Shown here piece by piece: positions 32,601 to 33,328 of a stretch of DNA of 33,328 bases. Below the pieces are notes generated by a model. It did no database searches and was not told the DNA's origin. It was given only the letters and a program-made list of their open reading frames with translations. The DNA lies in the NCBI GenBank assembly GCA_937892085.1, contig CALAVD010000368.1, positions 1-33,328 on the forward strand, in the 5' to 3' direction. The stretch's first letter is position 1; the number at the start of each line of letters is the position of its first letter. This DNA comes from an uncultured Prevotellaceae bacterium. GTDB lineage: Bacteria > Bacteroidota > Bacteroidia > Bacteroidales > Muribaculaceae. Both the position numbers and the translations under genes were made by a program.

Positions 32601-33326
32601 ATGGTACATTGCTTAGTTATTGACGATGAGCCCCTTGCCTTGCAGCAAATGGAGAGTTACATCAAGAAGATTCCTTATCTTGAACTCGTAGCATGCTGCC
32701 AGAGTGCTATAGAGGCAAGAGAGATAATCAATAATGAGAAGATTGATGCCATCTTTTGCGACATCAACCTGCCCGAACTCAATGGCTTGGACTTCGTGAA
32801 ATCTCTCGAGAACCCGCCTATGGTAGTGTTTACCACTGCCTATAGCGAGTATGCTGTGGAGGGGTTTCACCTCAATGCCATCGACTACTTGCTCAAGCCC
32901 TTCGGGTTTGAAGAACTCAAGCGTGCGAGCGACAAAATCAAGAAGCACTATGACGCGATACGCACCTTGCAGGAGGTGAGCCAAATCGACGAAGACGACG
33001 CCATCTTCCTCAAGACCGAATACAAGATTGTGCGCATCAACATCAGCCACATCCGCTATGTGGAGGCGATGAGCGAGTATCTGCGCATCTATCTAATGGA
33101 TTACTCTCGACCCATTATCGTGCTCATGAGCATGAAGAAGATGGAGGAGCGCCTACCTAACCACAGCTTCATGCGTGTTCACCGTTCCTACATCGTCAAC
33201 CTGAAGATGATCAGAGAGATAAGCAAGAACCGCATCTCAATTGGCGACGAAATCGACGTGCCCATTGGCGACAGCTACCGCGAGCAGTTCAACGCCTACA
33301 TCAACAGCAAGTTCCTCACGAAATAG
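32601..33326 (+). CDS. LytTR-family response regulator
   Basis: 241 aa; receiver IDDEPLA, CDINLP, FTTAY, DYLLKP; LytTR FMRVHRSYIVN. Confidence 0.95.
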   Translation: MVHCLVIDDEPLALQQMESYIKKIPYLELVACCQSAIEAREIINNEKIDAIFCDINLPELNGLDFVKSLENPPMVVFTTAYSEYAVEGFHLNAIDYLLKPFGFEELKRASDKIKKHYDAIRTLQEVSQIDEDDAIFLKTEYKIVRINISHIRYVEAMSEYLRIYLMDYSRPIIVLMSMKKMEERLPNHSFMRVHRSYIVNLKMIREISKNRISIGDEIDVPIGDSYREQFNAYINSKFLTK

Positions 33327-33328
33327 GG

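Overview
Bacteroidales chromosomal window (Bacteroidetes-type TAnnTTTG promoters, no Shine-Dalgarno motifs; protein styles suggest a Muribaculaceae/Prevotella-like organism, which is an inference). Housekeeping genes lie on the left (leuS, an acyltransferase-3 gene, rdgB) and right (polA, deoC, MazG-like pyrophosphohydrolase, pyrH, TPR membrane protein, LytS/LytTR pair). Between the convergent rdgB and polA is a ~19.5 kb accessory block. Its main element is a six-gene minus-strand operon (16925->4920): an SrfB-like Hsp70/actin-fold ATPase, an SrfC-like large P-loop GTPase, a membrane protein joining an SrfA-like N-terminal domain to an intact subtilisin (S8) protease, a TRAFAC GTPase with four helical repeats, a tail-anchored protein resembling a GTPase-associated partner, and a membrane-anchored YfaP/DUF2135-like protein. 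This expanded, rearranged SrfABC module is the best candidate for an undescribed system. The block also holds two secreted surface proteins (one ending in a dockerin) and an ATPase-wHTH-nuclease gene with a palindromic operator. Notable non-coding structure: a diverged 37-bp copy of polA motif C just downstream of polA, a ~290-bp inverted array of 24/29-bp hairpin units, a ~183-bp MITE-like element with a partial second copy at the window start, a GTAG-type REP, and heptamer runs abutting start codons. All family calls come from motif recognition by eye; no searches were run.
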